This document shows, piece by piece, positions 31,254 through 44,667 of a DNA stretch of 64,000 nt. The notes under the pieces were generated by a model that saw only the letters and a program-made list of their open reading frames with translations, made no database searches and was not told the origin of the DNA. The stretch is from Escherichia phage vB_EcoM_F1. Position numbers and translations under genes: made by a program. The stretch is from the sequence record NC_054912.1; one strand, given 5' to 3'. Position 1 is the first letter of the stretch, and each line of letters opens with the position of its first letter.

Positions 31254-31257
31254 CAGC

Positions 31258-32845
<1,588 letters not shown>

Positions 32846-32872
32846 AATAAAATGGGCCTTGCGGCCCACTCC

Positions 32873-33375
32873 TTAAAAGTATTTTTTAAAACTCATCATA
32901 ACTTTATCATCAACATCATTATCAATCTGTGCAACAAGGTAAGATGACAGTTCTACTTCTTGTGGCGCGGATTGAACATTATCAGAATTAAGATATTCAC
33001 GAATCCAAGGATATGGATGTTTAACCGGAGCATCGGTAATTGGACATGGAAGACCACACTGTTTCATACGAGATACAGTTAAGTAATCAATAAAGCTCCA
33101 CATGCTATTTGTATTTAATCCAGGAACATCGCCATCTTTAAATAAATGAACTGCCCAATCTTTTTCTTGGCGGTTAACTTCCATGAAAATATCAACTGCT
33201 TCTTGTTCACACTCTTGAGCAATTTTAACCCATTCATCGCCATCAGTGCCAAGTTGAAGTTGACGAATAATATATTGGGTGCCTTTAAGATGAAGCTGCT
33301 CATCACGCGCAATGAACTTCATAATCTTGGCATTACCTTCCATGATTTCCATGTTCTTATGGAAGTTAAAGGTAC
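32873..33375 (-). CDS. nrdB: Ribonucleotide reductase small subunit NrdB, exon 2
   Basis: Translation ...TFNFHKNMEIMEGNAKIMKFIARDEQLHL continues the NrdB sequence; 5' boundary inferred from frame and splice-site rules. Confidence 0.8.
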
Positions 33376-34466
33376 CGTTATGTTCGATTGAGCTCGCTAA
33401 TTCTCAACCCGTTCTCTTATGAACTGCTGCATGTTACCATGCAGACCAGACTATATCACAATCCCGGAGGGATTCTCCCCATTTCGAGTCGCTTGACCCT
33501 ACGTCCGAAGACTAGTCGTTGAACCTTGCTTTGCAATTGTCGCCGTGCCATCGTTTATATGTTGATGGTGATAAATCTTTCTTATCACAATATGGACAAT
33601 TCAATTGAATTCTATTTGGATTTAATTTACATCTGTCATTATGTTTTAGATAAAATCCAGGACCTTTACCAATGTGACCACAGAAATCACATGTAATTTC
33701 TTTTTGTGCAGGATGGGTCCCGTTCTTAACCATTTCTAATGTTTTTGCTGATGTTCTTTTCTTATGGTCTTCTGATAAGAAATGATGTGAACCGTCATTT
33801 ACCCGTTTTGATTGAGTTTCTGACTGCATTTTACCACCGCAAAATACATGAGTACCTTCTTTTATAGCTGCAATATTGCGTTCTTTAACTTTTGCAATAT
33901 GCTCAGCTTGTTGAAAATTATGTATACCTAATGCAACTCTATTTAAATTAGATTTACGCTGTATTTCACCGTCTAAAAGATGAAATGTACCATTTTCTAT
34001 CTTAGATTTAATAGAGGCAATATTTTTAGCTCGTACTTCAGGGATATTAAAAATCTGGATTTCTCTAGATTTTGCGGCTTTAGAAGCTAATTCAGAAATT
34101 TCTTCAGGAGAATATTTCATTCTAAGCTTTATAGCATGACAAGCCTGGTAATCTTTTTGAGCTAAATGTATATCATAATGTTCCTGTATAGAAAGGCACA
34201 TCAAATTATCTAAATCATTATTTTCACGGTTACCGTCTTTATGATGGATTTCGTATGTTCTTCCATCAGAATCTTTAGGTATAGGTCCGTTAGCATCTAT
34301 CCAAATTTTTCTATAGTTCAATTGTGCATCCTCTTAAAAGTATAATCATATTTATATTATACTAATTAAAGGTGCAAGCAAAACCTTGGCTGCTAGTTTT
34401 CCTATAAAGGACTTTCCAGCAATTAAAGGAGTTTTCGATAAACGTTACCGTTTAAAGGCGCATTTT
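33376..34466 (-). mobile_element. Group I intron in nrdB carrying a homing endonuclease ORF (about 1091 nt; boundaries inferred)
   Basis: nrdB reading frame broken between YVSFA and TFNFHKN; exon 1 ends in U and intron ends in G; internal HNH endonuclease ORF. Confidence 0.75.
33512..34321 (-). CDS. HNH homing endonuclease, I-TevIII-like, full length
   Basis: 269-aa ORF inside the nrdB intron; HNH-type motif (EIHHKDGNRENNDLDNL) and C-terminal Cys clusters (CDFCGH, CPYCDK). Confidence 0.85.
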   Translation of the reverse strand: MNYRKIWIDANGPIPKDSDGRTYEIHHKDGNRENNDLDNLMCLSIQEHYDIHLAQKDYQACHAIKLRMKYSPEEISELASKAAKSREIQIFNIPEVRAKNIASIKSKIENGTFHLLDGEIQRKSNLNRVALGIHNFQQAEHIAKVKERNIAAIKEGTHVFCGGKMQSETQSKRVNDGSHHFLSEDHKKRTSAKTLEMVKNGTHPAQKEITCDFCGHIGKGPGFYLKHNDRCKLNPNRIQLNCPYCDKKDLSPSTYKRWHGDNCKARFND

Positions 34467-35142
34467 ACGCAAAAGATACATAAAAACGAATAGCTTCCAA
34501 TGCGTTGATTACATGCAAACAGAGGTAAAGAGATTTCATTAGCTCACGCTTCCAATATGTCTCATGCTCAATAGCATCTTCAATAACGTCTTCGTCTGCA
34601 TTAATTTCTTTTTGGTATTCGATATCAGCTTTAGCATTTTCCCATTCACGGGTTTTAATCAGAACGTCATCATAATAGCGTCCAATGGATTCAGCACGTT
34701 TCATAATAGCTTCATCTAATACAATCTCATCAAATACCTTTGACGGATCAGTATAAAGATTTCGCATGATATGAGTATATGAACGACTGTGAATAGTTTC
34801 ACTAAAAGTCCATGTAGCAACCCATGTATCAAGACTTGGGTCTGAAATTAATGACATAAGTACAGCAGAAGGTGCACGACCCTGAATGCTATCCAAAAGT
34901 GATTGATACTTCAGGTTGTTAGTAAAAATATTTTGCTGATACTGAGGAAGCTTATTAAATTGCGCAGCATCCATCATTAAGTTTACTTCTTCAGGACGCC
35001 AGAAAAATGATAAAGATTTCTCAGTAAGTTCTTCAAATACTCGATGCCGTTGAATATCATAACGCGCAATACCAAGACCTGAACCAAAAAACATAGGTTC
35101 TTTTAAAACATCAACTGGGTTTGTATTAAAAACTGTGCTCAT
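34467..35142 (-). CDS. nrdB: Ribonucleotide reductase small subunit NrdB, exon 1
   Basis: 225 codons ending ...EAIRFYVSFA; matches the class Ia R2 iron-centre region. Confidence 0.85.
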
Positions 35143-35193
35143 AAATTTTCCACTTAGTTAATAGATAGTGACTCGTCCGTGAGTCAAATTATA

Positions 35194-37458
35194 TCATAAT
35201 TTACAGGATGAACAATCTTCAGCTTTTGGAGTTTCTATTTCATAATCATCAGTACCAGAACCATCACGGGTATTATGATAATAGAAATTTTTTCCGCCAA
35301 AATACCAAAAATACAAAAGGTCATCAATCATTATTGACATTGGAACCTTTCCTTTTGGAAAAATCTGCGGGTCATAATATGTATTCGCTGAAGCTGATTG
35401 ACATACCCATTTCAGCATAATAGCTACCTGTGTAAGATAAGGTTTATTACCTTTCTTAGCTAATTTCCACGTATAATCATATAGGTCTATGTTATGCTCA
35501 ATATTGGGCACGACTTGATTAAAGGAGCCCTCTTTTGATTCTTTAACAGAGACTGGTCCACGTGGAGGCTCGATACCGTTTGTACTGTTAGAAACTTGGG
35601 AAGATGACTCACATGGCATAAGTGCTGATAATGTGCTATTACGGATGCCAAAGAGCTTAAGGTCTTCCCGCAGCGACGACCAGTCACAAACGTATTTTGG
35701 AGCTGCGATTTGGTCAATCTTTTTATTGTACCAGTCGATAGGTAATTCGCCTCGAGACCAACGAGTGTCTGAATAATATTCGCAAGGTCCTTTTTCTTTG
35801 GCGAGCTTGATGGATGCTTTAATGAGTCCATACTGTAATCTCTCAAATAGTTCATGTGTTAAATCGTTAGCATCTTCATAAGAAGCAAAGTTACTTGCCA
35901 GCCAAGCTGCATAGTTAGTAACACCTACACCGAGGTTACGACGCTTTTTAGCTTTTTCTGCTTCAGGAACTGGATATCCTTGGTAATCCAAAAGATTATC
36001 AAGAGCACGAACTTGGACTTCTGCCAATTCATTAATTTTATCTTGGTCTTGCCAGTCAAAATTATCCAGTACGAATGCGCTAAGGGTACAAAGCCCAATT
36101 TCAGCATCAGGGCTATTCACATCATTTGTTGGAATAGCAATTTCACAGCACAAGTTACTCTGACGAATAGGTGCCTTTTCACGAATAAACGGAGTATAGT
36201 TATTCGTATTATCAATGAACTGCACATAAATCCTTGCTGTTCCTGAGCGTTCAGTCATGAGCAATTCAAATAGTTCACGGGCTTTAATACGCTTTTTACG
36301 AATATTAGGGTCTTTTTCTGCTGCTTCGTATAATTCACGGAAACGGTCTTGGTCTTTAAAATAAGAATAATAAAGCTCGCCACCCATTTCATGCGGACTG
36401 AACAAAGTAATGTAATCGTTCTTTCCGAATCGTTCCATCATCAAATCATTCAGCTGAACACCATAATCCATATGACGAATGCGGTTTTCTTCTACGCCTT
36501 TGTTATTTTTCAAAACGAGAAGATTTTCAACTTCCAAATGCCAAATAGGATAATAAGCAGTAGCAGCGCCGCCACGAATTCCACCCTGTGAACATGATTT
36601 AACTGCAGTCTGAAAATGTTTCCAAAAAGGAATAACACCAGTATGGCGTACTTCACCCATGCCAATCTTAGAACCTTCAGCACGAATCATACCAACGTTA
36701 ATACCAATTCCAGCGCGTTTAGAGATATATTCAACAATTGAAGCGGAAGCCTTATTGATAGACTTCAATGAATCACCTGCCTCAATAACAACACATGAAC
36801 TAAACTGTCGAGTCGGAGTACGACAACCAGCCATAATAGGAGTTGGCAATGAAATCTGTCGAGTAGATACTGCTTCATAAAAACGGATAACGTGTTTTAG
36901 TCTATCAACAGATTCATCTTGATGCAATGCCATTCCAATAGTCATAAATGCAAACTGTGGAGTTTCATAAATTTGACCAGTGGTTTTATCTTTAACTAAA
37001 TATTTTTCTTTTAATTGCATCGCCCCGGAATAAGTAAATTCCATATCCCGTTCGTGCTTAATTTTTGATTCTAAAAATGTAATTTCTTCTGCTGAATATT
37101 TTGACAATAATTCAGGGTCATATTTACCTTCATTTACACAGTAAGAAATATGGTCAATAAATGAACGTGGTTCATACTGCCCGTAAACATGCTTACGAAG
37201 AGCAAACATTAAACAGCGTGCAGCTACATATTGATAATCAGGTTCTTCAACCGAAATAGAATTCGCAGCGGCCTTAATGACAATAGTCTGAATATCATCA
37301 GTTGTCATTCCATCACGGAGATATGATTTAATATTTTCATATAATTCATAAGGATCTACTGATGTTCCTTCAGCTGCCCAAGATAAAACTTTAATAATTT
37401 TTTGCGGGTCAAAGCTCTGAGAAACACCACTACTTTTGATAACATTAATTAATTGCAT
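35194..37458 (-). CDS. nrdA: Ribonucleotide reductase large subunit NrdA
   Basis: 754-aa ORF with N-terminal ATP-cone region and class I RNR catalytic-site region (NLCCEI, CESSSQ). Confidence 0.95.
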   Translation of the reverse strand: MQLINVIKSSGVSQSFDPQKIIKVLSWAAEGTSVDPYELYENIKSYLRDGMTTDDIQTIVIKAAANSISVEEPDYQYVAARCLMFALRKHVYGQYEPRSFIDHISYCVNEGKYDPELLSKYSAEEITFLESKIKHERDMEFTYSGAMQLKEKYLVKDKTTGQIYETPQFAFMTIGMALHQDESVDRLKHVIRFYEAVSTRQISLPTPIMAGCRTPTRQFSSCVVIEAGDSLKSINKASASIVEYISKRAGIGINVGMIRAEGSKIGMGEVRHTGVIPFWKHFQTAVKSCSQGGIRGGAATAYYPIWHLEVENLLVLKNNKGVEENRIRHMDYGVQLNDLMMERFGKNDYITLFSPHEMGGELYYSYFKDQDRFRELYEAAEKDPNIRKKRIKARELFELLMTERSGTARIYVQFIDNTNNYTPFIREKAPIRQSNLCCEIAIPTNDVNSPDAEIGLCTLSAFVLDNFDWQDQDKINELAEVQVRALDNLLDYQGYPVPEAEKAKKRRNLGVGVTNYAAWLASNFASYEDANDLTHELFERLQYGLIKASIKLAKEKGPCEYYSDTRWSRGELPIDWYNKKIDQIAAPKYVCDWSSLREDLKLFGIRNSTLSALMPCESSSQVSNSTNGIEPPRGPVSVKESKEGSFNQVVPNIEHNIDLYDYTWKLAKKGNKPYLTQVAIMLKWVCQSASANTYYDPQIFPKGKVPMSIMIDDLLYFWYFGGKNFYYHNTRDGSGTDDYEIETPKAEDCSSCKL

Positions 37459-37775
37459 AAGTCCTCAACTTGAAAATCGTCTTTAAACAATCGGTTAACT
37501 ATATGAGCTATTATATCACCATGACACGGCTTTGGTTTACATGTGCATCCTAGCCTCATTCCACGTAAAGGCTCTAAATGTGCTTTAGTTATTTCTCCGG
37601 ATTTAATTCGACGTATAAAATCTTTTTTGAATAATTCAATGGCAGCCTCCCGGCTGCCAGCATCTTTACCGACGTAATTCCCCCAAAATGTACCACGGTG
37701 AATATTAACATCAAAGTCGGATTTATATTTATTCACTACCCGGCATAGACGGCCCGCGCGGTTGTAGGTGTTCAT
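37449..37775 (-). CDS. Hypothetical protein nrdA.1
   Basis: 108-aa ORF. Confidence 0.55.
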   Translation of the reverse strand: MNTYNRAGRLCRVVNKYKSDFDVNIHRGTFWGNYVGKDAGSREAAIELFKKDFIRRIKSGEITKAHLEPLRGMRLGCTCKPKPCHGDIIAHIVNRLFKDDFQVEDLCN

Positions 37776-37992
37776 ATTGTTCTTCCGTTAAAACAGTAAT
37801 ATCGTAGTAACAGTCAGAAGAAGTTTTAACTGTAGAAATTTTATTATCAAAATACTCACGAGTCATTTTATGAGTATAATATTTTTTGCCATAAATGATA
37901 ATAGGCTGATTTGGTCCTGGAACTTCTAACTCGCTTGGGTTAGGAAGTGTAAAAAGAACGGCACCAGAAGTATCTTTAAATCGTAAAATCAT
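37729..37992 (-). CDS. Hypothetical protein nrdA.2
   Basis: 87-aa ORF. Confidence 0.5.
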   Translation of the reverse strand: MILRFKDTSGAVLFTLPNPSELEVPGPNQPIIIYGKKYYTHKMTREYFDNKISTVKTSSDCYYDITVLTEEQYEHLQPRGPSMPGSE

Positions 37993-38300
37993 ATTGCCAT
38001 TTTCCCTTTAATTGCTGGATGCGATTCATAATTTTCAAGGATAAAATCTTTCGGTTTCATGTATTCAGTTAACCAGTAAAGCTGCGTTTCGGTGTCACAA
38101 TTTCCAAACTCTATAGGCCAATCAATTTTAAGTTCACACAGTTCTTTAGGCTCACGACGTAAAATTTCTTTACATTGCTCAGTATGATTCATATAGATGT
38201 GAGTATTACCACCGGAAAATATCAAATCTCCTGGGATAAGATTACACATCTTAGCCACAATATGCGTCAAGGCAGCGTACGAGGCAATGTTGAATGGTAG
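37989..38300 (-). CDS. td: Thymidylate synthase, exon 2
   Basis: Begins [11 protein letters not shown]...; the intron's last three bases AUG give the apparent M of the track ORF. Confidence 0.88.
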   Translation of the reverse strand, partial: LPFNIASYAALTHIVAKMCNLIPGDLIFSGGNTHIYMNHTEQCKEILRREPKELCELKIDWPIEFGNCDTETQLYWLTEYMKPKDFILENYESHPAIKGKMAI

Positions 38301-38746
38301 CATTATGTTCAGATAAGGTCGTTAATCTTACCCCGGAATTATATCCAGCTGCATGTCACCATGCAGATCAGACTATATCTCCAACTTGTTAAAGCAAGTT
38401 GTCTATCGTTTCGAGTCACTTGACCCTACTCCCCAAAGGGATAGTCGTTAGGCATTTATGTAGAACCAATTCCATTTATCAGATTTTACACGATAAGTAA
38501 CTAATCCAGACGAAATTTTAAAATGCCTCTTCCATCTCTTTTCAAAATCTTTAGCACTTCCTACATATACTTTATTGTTTAAAGTATTTTTAATCTGATA
38601 AATTCCGCTTTTCATAAATACCTCTTTAAATATAGAAGTATTTATGAAAGGGCAGTCCTACAATTTAGCACGGGATTGTCTACTAGAGAGGTTCCCCGTT
38701 TAGATAGATTACAAGTATAAGTCACCTTATACTCAGGCCTCAATTA
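38301..38746 (-). mobile_element. td group I intron, 446 nt, with internally deleted homing endonuclease ORF
   Basis: 5' end reads UAAUUGAGGCCUGAGUAUAAGGUGACUUAUACUUGUAAUCUAUCUAAACGGGGAACC..., recalled as the T4 td intron; exon 1 ends UUGGGU. Confidence 0.85.
38448..38615 (-). pseudogene. I-TevI remnant: 55-codon in-frame fusion of the GIY-YIG N-terminus and C-terminal tail
   Basis: Hand translation MKSGIYQIKNTLNNKVYVGSAKDFEKRWKRHFKISSGLVTYRVKSDKWNWFYINA; start matches the I-TevI N-terminus. Confidence 0.7.
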
Positions 38747-40118
<1,372 letters not shown>

Positions 40119-40128
40119 ATTATTTTCC

Positions 40129-40371
40129 TTAAACAGACTTTTTCACAATTTTCCAATCAGCTTTAAACTGTTCAACGTCAGAATGGTAAATCCAGAATCC
40201 TGCGCTTTCTCCGTCTTCATAAAGAGGGCATCCATCGCATTCATCTTCCCATCCCATATCACGTAAAAGATGTTCAGCTTTTTCAACAAGTTCAGAATCT
40301 TTACCGATGATATTAAAATACCATTTACCTTTAACTTCTGAATCTTTGATGCTTTGGCGTTGTAATCTCAT
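40129..40371 (-). CDS. Hypothetical protein frd.2
   Basis: 80-aa ORF. Confidence 0.55.
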   Translation of the reverse strand: MRLQRQSIKDSEVKGKWYFNIIGKDSELVEKAEHLLRDMGWEDECDGCPLYEDGESAGFWIYHSDVEQFKADWKIVKKSV

Positions 40372-40428
40372 TTTATTCTCCTTAGTTGATAGGGTAATAG
40401 TATCACACTACTACCCTGATGTAAACAA

Positions 40429-40731
40429 TTATTTTTGAATTTTATCGAGCCACTTACCAAGCTTAATCATTTCTTTAGTAGCCTTTTCCATACTTCTGAA
40501 CTTAACCAATAGAGGATAGGTATCAACACCCATAACTAAACTGGTTACAAGACTGTGTTCACCCACAAGCCATAACGAATACGTTTGAATATCGAGCCCG
40601 TAATTTCTGTCTTTATGGACCCGTACACCCATCACTTCAAATTTCTCACTAGCTTTTTCTACCGCATCCAGGAAATCATCTTTAGTCATATTAGGCCTTA
40701 AAAGTTTTTCGCAAAAGTTCAATGATTTCAT
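40429..40731 (-). CDS. Hypothetical protein frd.3-like
   Basis: 100-aa ORF. Confidence 0.5.
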   Translation of the reverse strand: MKSLNFCEKLLRPNMTKDDFLDAVEKASEKFEVMGVRVHKDRNYGLDIQTYSLWLVGEHSLVTSLVMGVDTYPLLVKFRSMEKATKEMIKLGKWLDKIQK

Positions 40732-41077
40732 CTACATTGTTTTCGTCAACAATGCAGTGAATTTTTGTTACGCCAGAAACTATACCTTCATTAGCGGATT
40801 GAGGCTTTTCTAAAGTTACCTCAGTAAAGTATTTGAATTCTTCAGAGTAAATCTCAAAATACGTCTCAAGTGGGCCACCCGCCATGTATTCAGTGCCATC
40901 TTCCATAGTTACACGTACCACACATTCACCAGCACAATCATCACTTTCCATTTCATCTACAACAAAACTAGGTCCGTGCTTCTCTATTAAATTTAGCATC
41001 ATTACATTGCAACGACACTCGTTAGCAAAGTCATTTTTAAATAAAGGGTTAATGATATAAGTTTTTCCAACTTCCAT
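40691..41077 (-). CDS. Hypothetical protein
   Basis: 128-aa ORF. Confidence 0.5.
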   Translation of the reverse strand: MEVGKTYIINPLFKNDFANECRCNVMMLNLIEKHGPSFVVDEMESDDCAGECVVRVTMEDGTEYMAGGPLETYFEIYSEEFKYFTEVTLEKPQSANEGIVSGVTKIHCIVDENNVDEIIELLRKTFKA

Positions 41078-41123
41078 TTTGATTTCCTCATTTTAACGGG
41101 GCTATCAAATAGCCCCTTGATAA

Positions 41124-41351
41124 TTATTGTTCAATCAGTCCCATGTAAAATTCTGCGTCTTCAGAATCCATGCCATCGCAATATTCATTAGCCATAAAGC
41201 GGGTAAGGTCTTCAAGAGGACCTTCAATAACGATTTGAATACTCCAAAACTTAGAATCTTGCACGCTTGTGATACTAAGTTCAGGATAACGATTACGAAT
41301 AATCTCTTCAATATATTCAAAATCAACGATGTCAATATCAACTTTAGCCAT
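41124..41351 (-). CDS. Small acidic hypothetical protein
   Basis: Start set at the internal ATG 41351 (MAKVDIDIV...), downstream of the promoter at 41395-41424; the 117-aa track ORF runs through the promoter. Confidence 0.5.
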   Translation of the reverse strand: MAKVDIDIVDFEYIEEIIRNRYPELSITSVQDSKFWSIQIVIEGPLEDLTRFMANEYCDGMDSEDAEFYMGLIEQ

Positions 41352-41394
41352 ATTATTTTCCTCTTTAATCATCAGCAGTATTGCCGATAGTTGT

Positions 41395-41424
41395 ATAGTA
41401 CCATGGAAGGACAAGGATGTAAAC
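41395..41424 (-). promoter_or_regulatory. Early promoter (TTTACA-17-TACTAT)
   Basis: minus-strand gTTTACA, 17 nt, TACTAT, preceded by an A/T-rich UP-like tract. Confidence 0.5.
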
Positions 41425-41455
41425 CGTTTTGTGAAAAAAATTTTTGAAATAAAAA

Positions 41456-41477
41456 AGGGGACCTCTAGGGTCCCCAA
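41456..41477. terminator. Terminator hairpin downstream of gene 32
   Basis: ggggaccc-tcta-gggtcccc flanked by A/T runs. Confidence 0.65.
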
Positions 41478-41497
41478 TTAATTAGTAATATAATCTA

Positions 41498-42406
41498 TTA
41501 AAGGTCATTCAAAAGGTCATCCAGGTCCGTGTCATCAGCACTAGATGAACTGCCAGAGCTTGAGCTCATAAAATCATCTTCAGTTTTTGTATTGAAGTCA
41601 TCAACATTGAATGCATCCAAATCATCAGCAACTTTATCAGCTTTCTTAGCAGCAGTTGCAGCGGCACCACCCATCACAGCAGTTCCCATAACTTGACTGA
41701 ACTTAGTGTTCAGTTCTTCAAACGATTTGAATTTATCTTTAGAAGTCATTTCAGAAAGGTCAACCATTTGTTCGAACAGTTCTTTCTGGAAAGATTCATC
41801 ATCAATGTTTGGAATCGCAGATTGATTCAGGAATTTAGATTCATCGTAGTTACTAAATCCAGAAACTTGTTTAACTTTCAGTACAAAGTTAGCACCTTCC
41901 CACGGACAAGTTACATCAACCGGAGTTTCACCCATTTCAACATCAACCGCAATCATCGCGTTGATTTTATCCCAGATTTTCTTACCGAAACGGTATTTAA
42001 ATACTTTACCTTCATTTTCTGGAGCAGCTGGGTCTTTTACTACAAGAATGTTAGCCCAGTAAGAAGTTTTACGTTTAACAAGACTGTACTCTTTATTGTC
42101 AGTGTTGTACAGATCATTTTTACTGATGTATTGACATACTGGACAAGAATCGTAATCACCGTGGGTAGATGAACAGTTTTCAATATACCATTTACCATTT
42201 TTCTTGAAACCGTGATTTACAAGAATTGCGAATGGTGCTTGTTCATCATTTTTAGACGGAAGAAAACGAATTACTGCTTGACCGTTACCCGCATTATCGA
42301 GTTTCAGTTTCCACTCGCCTTTATCTTCAGAAGAAAAACCACCTTTATTTCCAGCCAGTTTAGCCATTTGTGCAGCGAGTTCAGCAGTAGATTTACGTTT
42401 AAACAT
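41498..42406 (-). CDS. 32: Single-stranded DNA-binding protein gp32
   Basis: 302-aa [35 protein letters not shown]..., acidic Ser/Asp-rich C-terminus; T4 gp32. Confidence 0.95.
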   Translation of the reverse strand: MFKRKSTAELAAQMAKLAGNKGGFSSEDKGEWKLKLDNAGNGQAVIRFLPSKNDEQAPFAILVNHGFKKNGKWYIENCSSTHGDYDSCPVCQYISKNDLYNTDNKEYSLVKRKTSYWANILVVKDPAAPENEGKVFKYRFGKKIWDKINAMIAVDVEMGETPVDVTCPWEGANFVLKVKQVSGFSNYDESKFLNQSAIPNIDDESFQKELFEQMVDLSEMTSKDKFKSFEELNTKFSQVMGTAVMGGAAATAAKKADKVADDLDAFNVDDFNTKTEDDFMSSSSGSSSSADDTDLDDLLNDL

Positions 42407-42505
42407 TTTTATTTCCTTTTTAATTTAATTAACAGTTGGTGCTATGACGATGTATGACCTCATAGCTGGTCAGTGAGATAATTATAATTTATTTATAATA
42501 AGCAA

Positions 42506-43159
42506 TTAATACTTACAAGATTTCACAGTTTCAATGAAAACACTTTTAGCTTTCTGTGAATCAATATTTAAAATTTTTCTATAAGCCTTTAACTTTATAG
42601 AATAATTATTCCAGACTAAATTATCAGTCTGTTCATCATGTTTATCAATTATATTTAAAAATGAATCAAGCAAGATAAACGTCTCAAACGAAATTATGTT
42701 CGATTGAAGTAGTTTAAAAATATAACTTGATTGAACTTTTGGATTATATTCAAAAATTTCTTTAAAAGCAGAAACTTCAACTTTTTTACTGAAATAGTAA
42801 ATATTGCGAATATCTTCTTCAAACTTAAATTTAATTTGCTTTAAGCGTCCGATATATTCACGATAAAACACAAGTGCATCAGCGTCAGAGATGTCACCAA
42901 TCCAAGCATCTTGGTTAGCAACCAAATTACTTATAAAAATTAAAGCAAGTTCCTTTAATTTATATTTTTCTGATAACTTCTGGAAAAAATACTTATCCCT
43001 TCGCTTTTGATAAGCGGCATCAGACACCCGCATGCACCAATTATACTTAATTACATCATACTTTCCATTCATATGTTGTTTTATCATTAAGTATAATTTA
43101 TAAACTGATTTACCATCAATGTATCTTTCACCACCAGCAGGCATGCGGAGTTTAATCAT
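42506..43159 (-). CDS. 59: Helicase loader gp59
   Basis: 217-aa ORF, T4 size/position. Confidence 0.88.
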   Translation of the reverse strand: MIKLRMPAGGERYIDGKSVYKLYLMIKQHMNGKYDVIKYNWCMRVSDAAYQKRRDKYFFQKLSEKYKLKELALIFISNLVANQDAWIGDISDADALVFYREYIGRLKQIKFKFEEDIRNIYYFSKKVEVSAFKEIFEYNPKVQSSYIFKLLQSNIISFETFILLDSFLNIIDKHDEQTDNLVWNNYSIKLKAYRKILNIDSQKAKSVFIETVKSCKY

Positions 43160-43503
43160 AGTAGAAAATCTAATGTATTAGTTTTTTCACAACGAACAAC
43201 AGAAGGACGTAAAAGATTTTCGTCGATAGCTTCTGATTGAATTTTTTCAATTATACCAGAAGGAATAAATTTAGCAAATTGAGTTTCAGGAATAGAGTTT
43301 TCTTCCAAGAATGCTGTCGTAGCTTCAAGATAACTCATTCCAAACTCTTCTACCATTTTTTCAATAATAAATCCATTTTCTTGACGATCAAGAAGCTTTG
43401 CAATTTCATCCTTTTCTTTCTTGATTGAAAGTTCTTTTTCTGAAAGACCGGTCTCATCGACCGGACGAATATCATTTAGAGAAAACTGTGTCATAAAGTT
43501 CAA
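43156..43503 (-). CDS. 33: Late transcription co-activator gp33
   Basis: 115-aa ORF. Confidence 0.85.
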   Translation of the reverse strand: MNFMTQFSLNDIRPVDETGLSEKELSIKKEKDEIAKLLDRQENGFIIEKMVEEFGMSYLEATTAFLEENSIPETQFAKFIPSGIIEKIQSEAIDENLLRPSVVRCEKTNTLDFLL

Positions 43504-43741
43504 CTACCTCTTCAGTTTCAGCTTCAAACACATCACGATTATCTTTATGATACAAAGCTAATAGACGATTAAACATCTTACCATCAACGCCAAGTTCATC
43601 TTTAGCACGAATTCGAATATCTTTAATCAGTTCATTATAACCGGAAATTTTCAGTTTATGATCAGATGCTTCTTTAATAAATTTAGCCAAGTCTTCGCCA
43701 TGGATAGCTTCATCAAATTCAACCATTTCTTTTTTAGCCAT
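43472..43741 (-). CDS. dsbA: dsDNA-binding late transcription protein DsbA
   Basis: 89-aa ORF. Confidence 0.8.
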   Translation of the reverse strand: MAKKEMVEFDEAIHGEDLAKFIKEASDHKLKISGYNELIKDIRIRAKDELGVDGKMFNRLLALYHKDNRDVFEAETEEVVELYDTVFSK

Positions 43742-43749
43742 TATTCACC

Positions 43750-44667
43750 TCAAAATTCATTAATGCTATTAGTTAATTTAGAAAGACCCGCTTTTACAAA
43801 ATATGAATAAATTTTGCCACGCGGTGGTAATTTATATGAATTATAGTAATTCACAATGTTTGAAGCAATATTATCAGGAATATAATCAAAATCAATTAGA
43901 ACTAAATTTTCTTTATAACGATTATATTCAGATTCTGTAAGAAGCACCTTAGCTTGCTCACGGTCATTAGCAATAGCTTCAACGATTGAAGTTTTCATTG
44001 AAGGAGTTCGTTCACCTTCAACTCTGGTAAACCAAAAGTCAGATCGTACTTTAACTGAAGCAACGTTATCCTTTTTGTCGCCTTTAAGGATTTTAGTCAT
44101 ACAGTCAATTTCAGCAGAACCGCTTTTAATTTTAACCCATTTCTTATGCATCGGTGACCATTGCTTAACATTTGGATATTTGTGAAGCTGTGTAAAGTCA
44201 CCATCCGATGAAATGATCAAAATCTTATGTCCTTCTAAAGATAACTTTTTAACAAGAACAGCAATGTGGTCATCTGCTTCATACTTATCAATATCCATAA
44301 CGATGTATGGCATATAAGCTTTCAATTCATCTATAACTTTATGGCTGGATTCAAAATAACCTTCCCAGTCCCAAGTAGATTCTTCTCGTGCTTTTCCACG
44401 GTTTTTCTTGTAATAGTAAGCAAAATCACGACGCCAATATCCAGATTTCGCGTTATCAATACACAGCACAATTTTAGTGTATCCAAGAGTCTTTGCTTTT
44501 TTGACATTAAACTTAATTGAGTTCAATATCAAATGACGAACCATTGATAAATTAATTTTTTCTTTATCTGGGAAGTTTACTAAAGCAGTTGAAAGCGCAA
44601 TCTGACTAAAGTCAATAAAGCAAATTCCTTCTTTGTAATCTTCATCCAGCATCATTTCTAAATCCAT
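43750..44667 (-). CDS. rnh: RNase H (5'-3' exonuclease, FEN family)
   Basis: Likely start MDLEMMLDEDYKEG at 44667 (305 aa); the track ORF extends 5 codons upstream. Confidence 0.9.
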   Translation of the reverse strand: MDLEMMLDEDYKEGICFIDFSQIALSTALVNFPDKEKINLSMVRHLILNSIKFNVKKAKTLGYTKIVLCIDNAKSGYWRRDFAYYYKKNRGKAREESTWDWEGYFESSHKVIDELKAYMPYIVMDIDKYEADDHIAVLVKKLSLEGHKILIISSDGDFTQLHKYPNVKQWSPMHKKWVKIKSGSAEIDCMTKILKGDKKDNVASVKVRSDFWFTRVEGERTPSMKTSIVEAIANDREQAKVLLTESEYNRYKENLVLIDFDYIPDNIASNIVNYYNSYKLPPRGKIYSYFVKAGLSKLTNSINEF

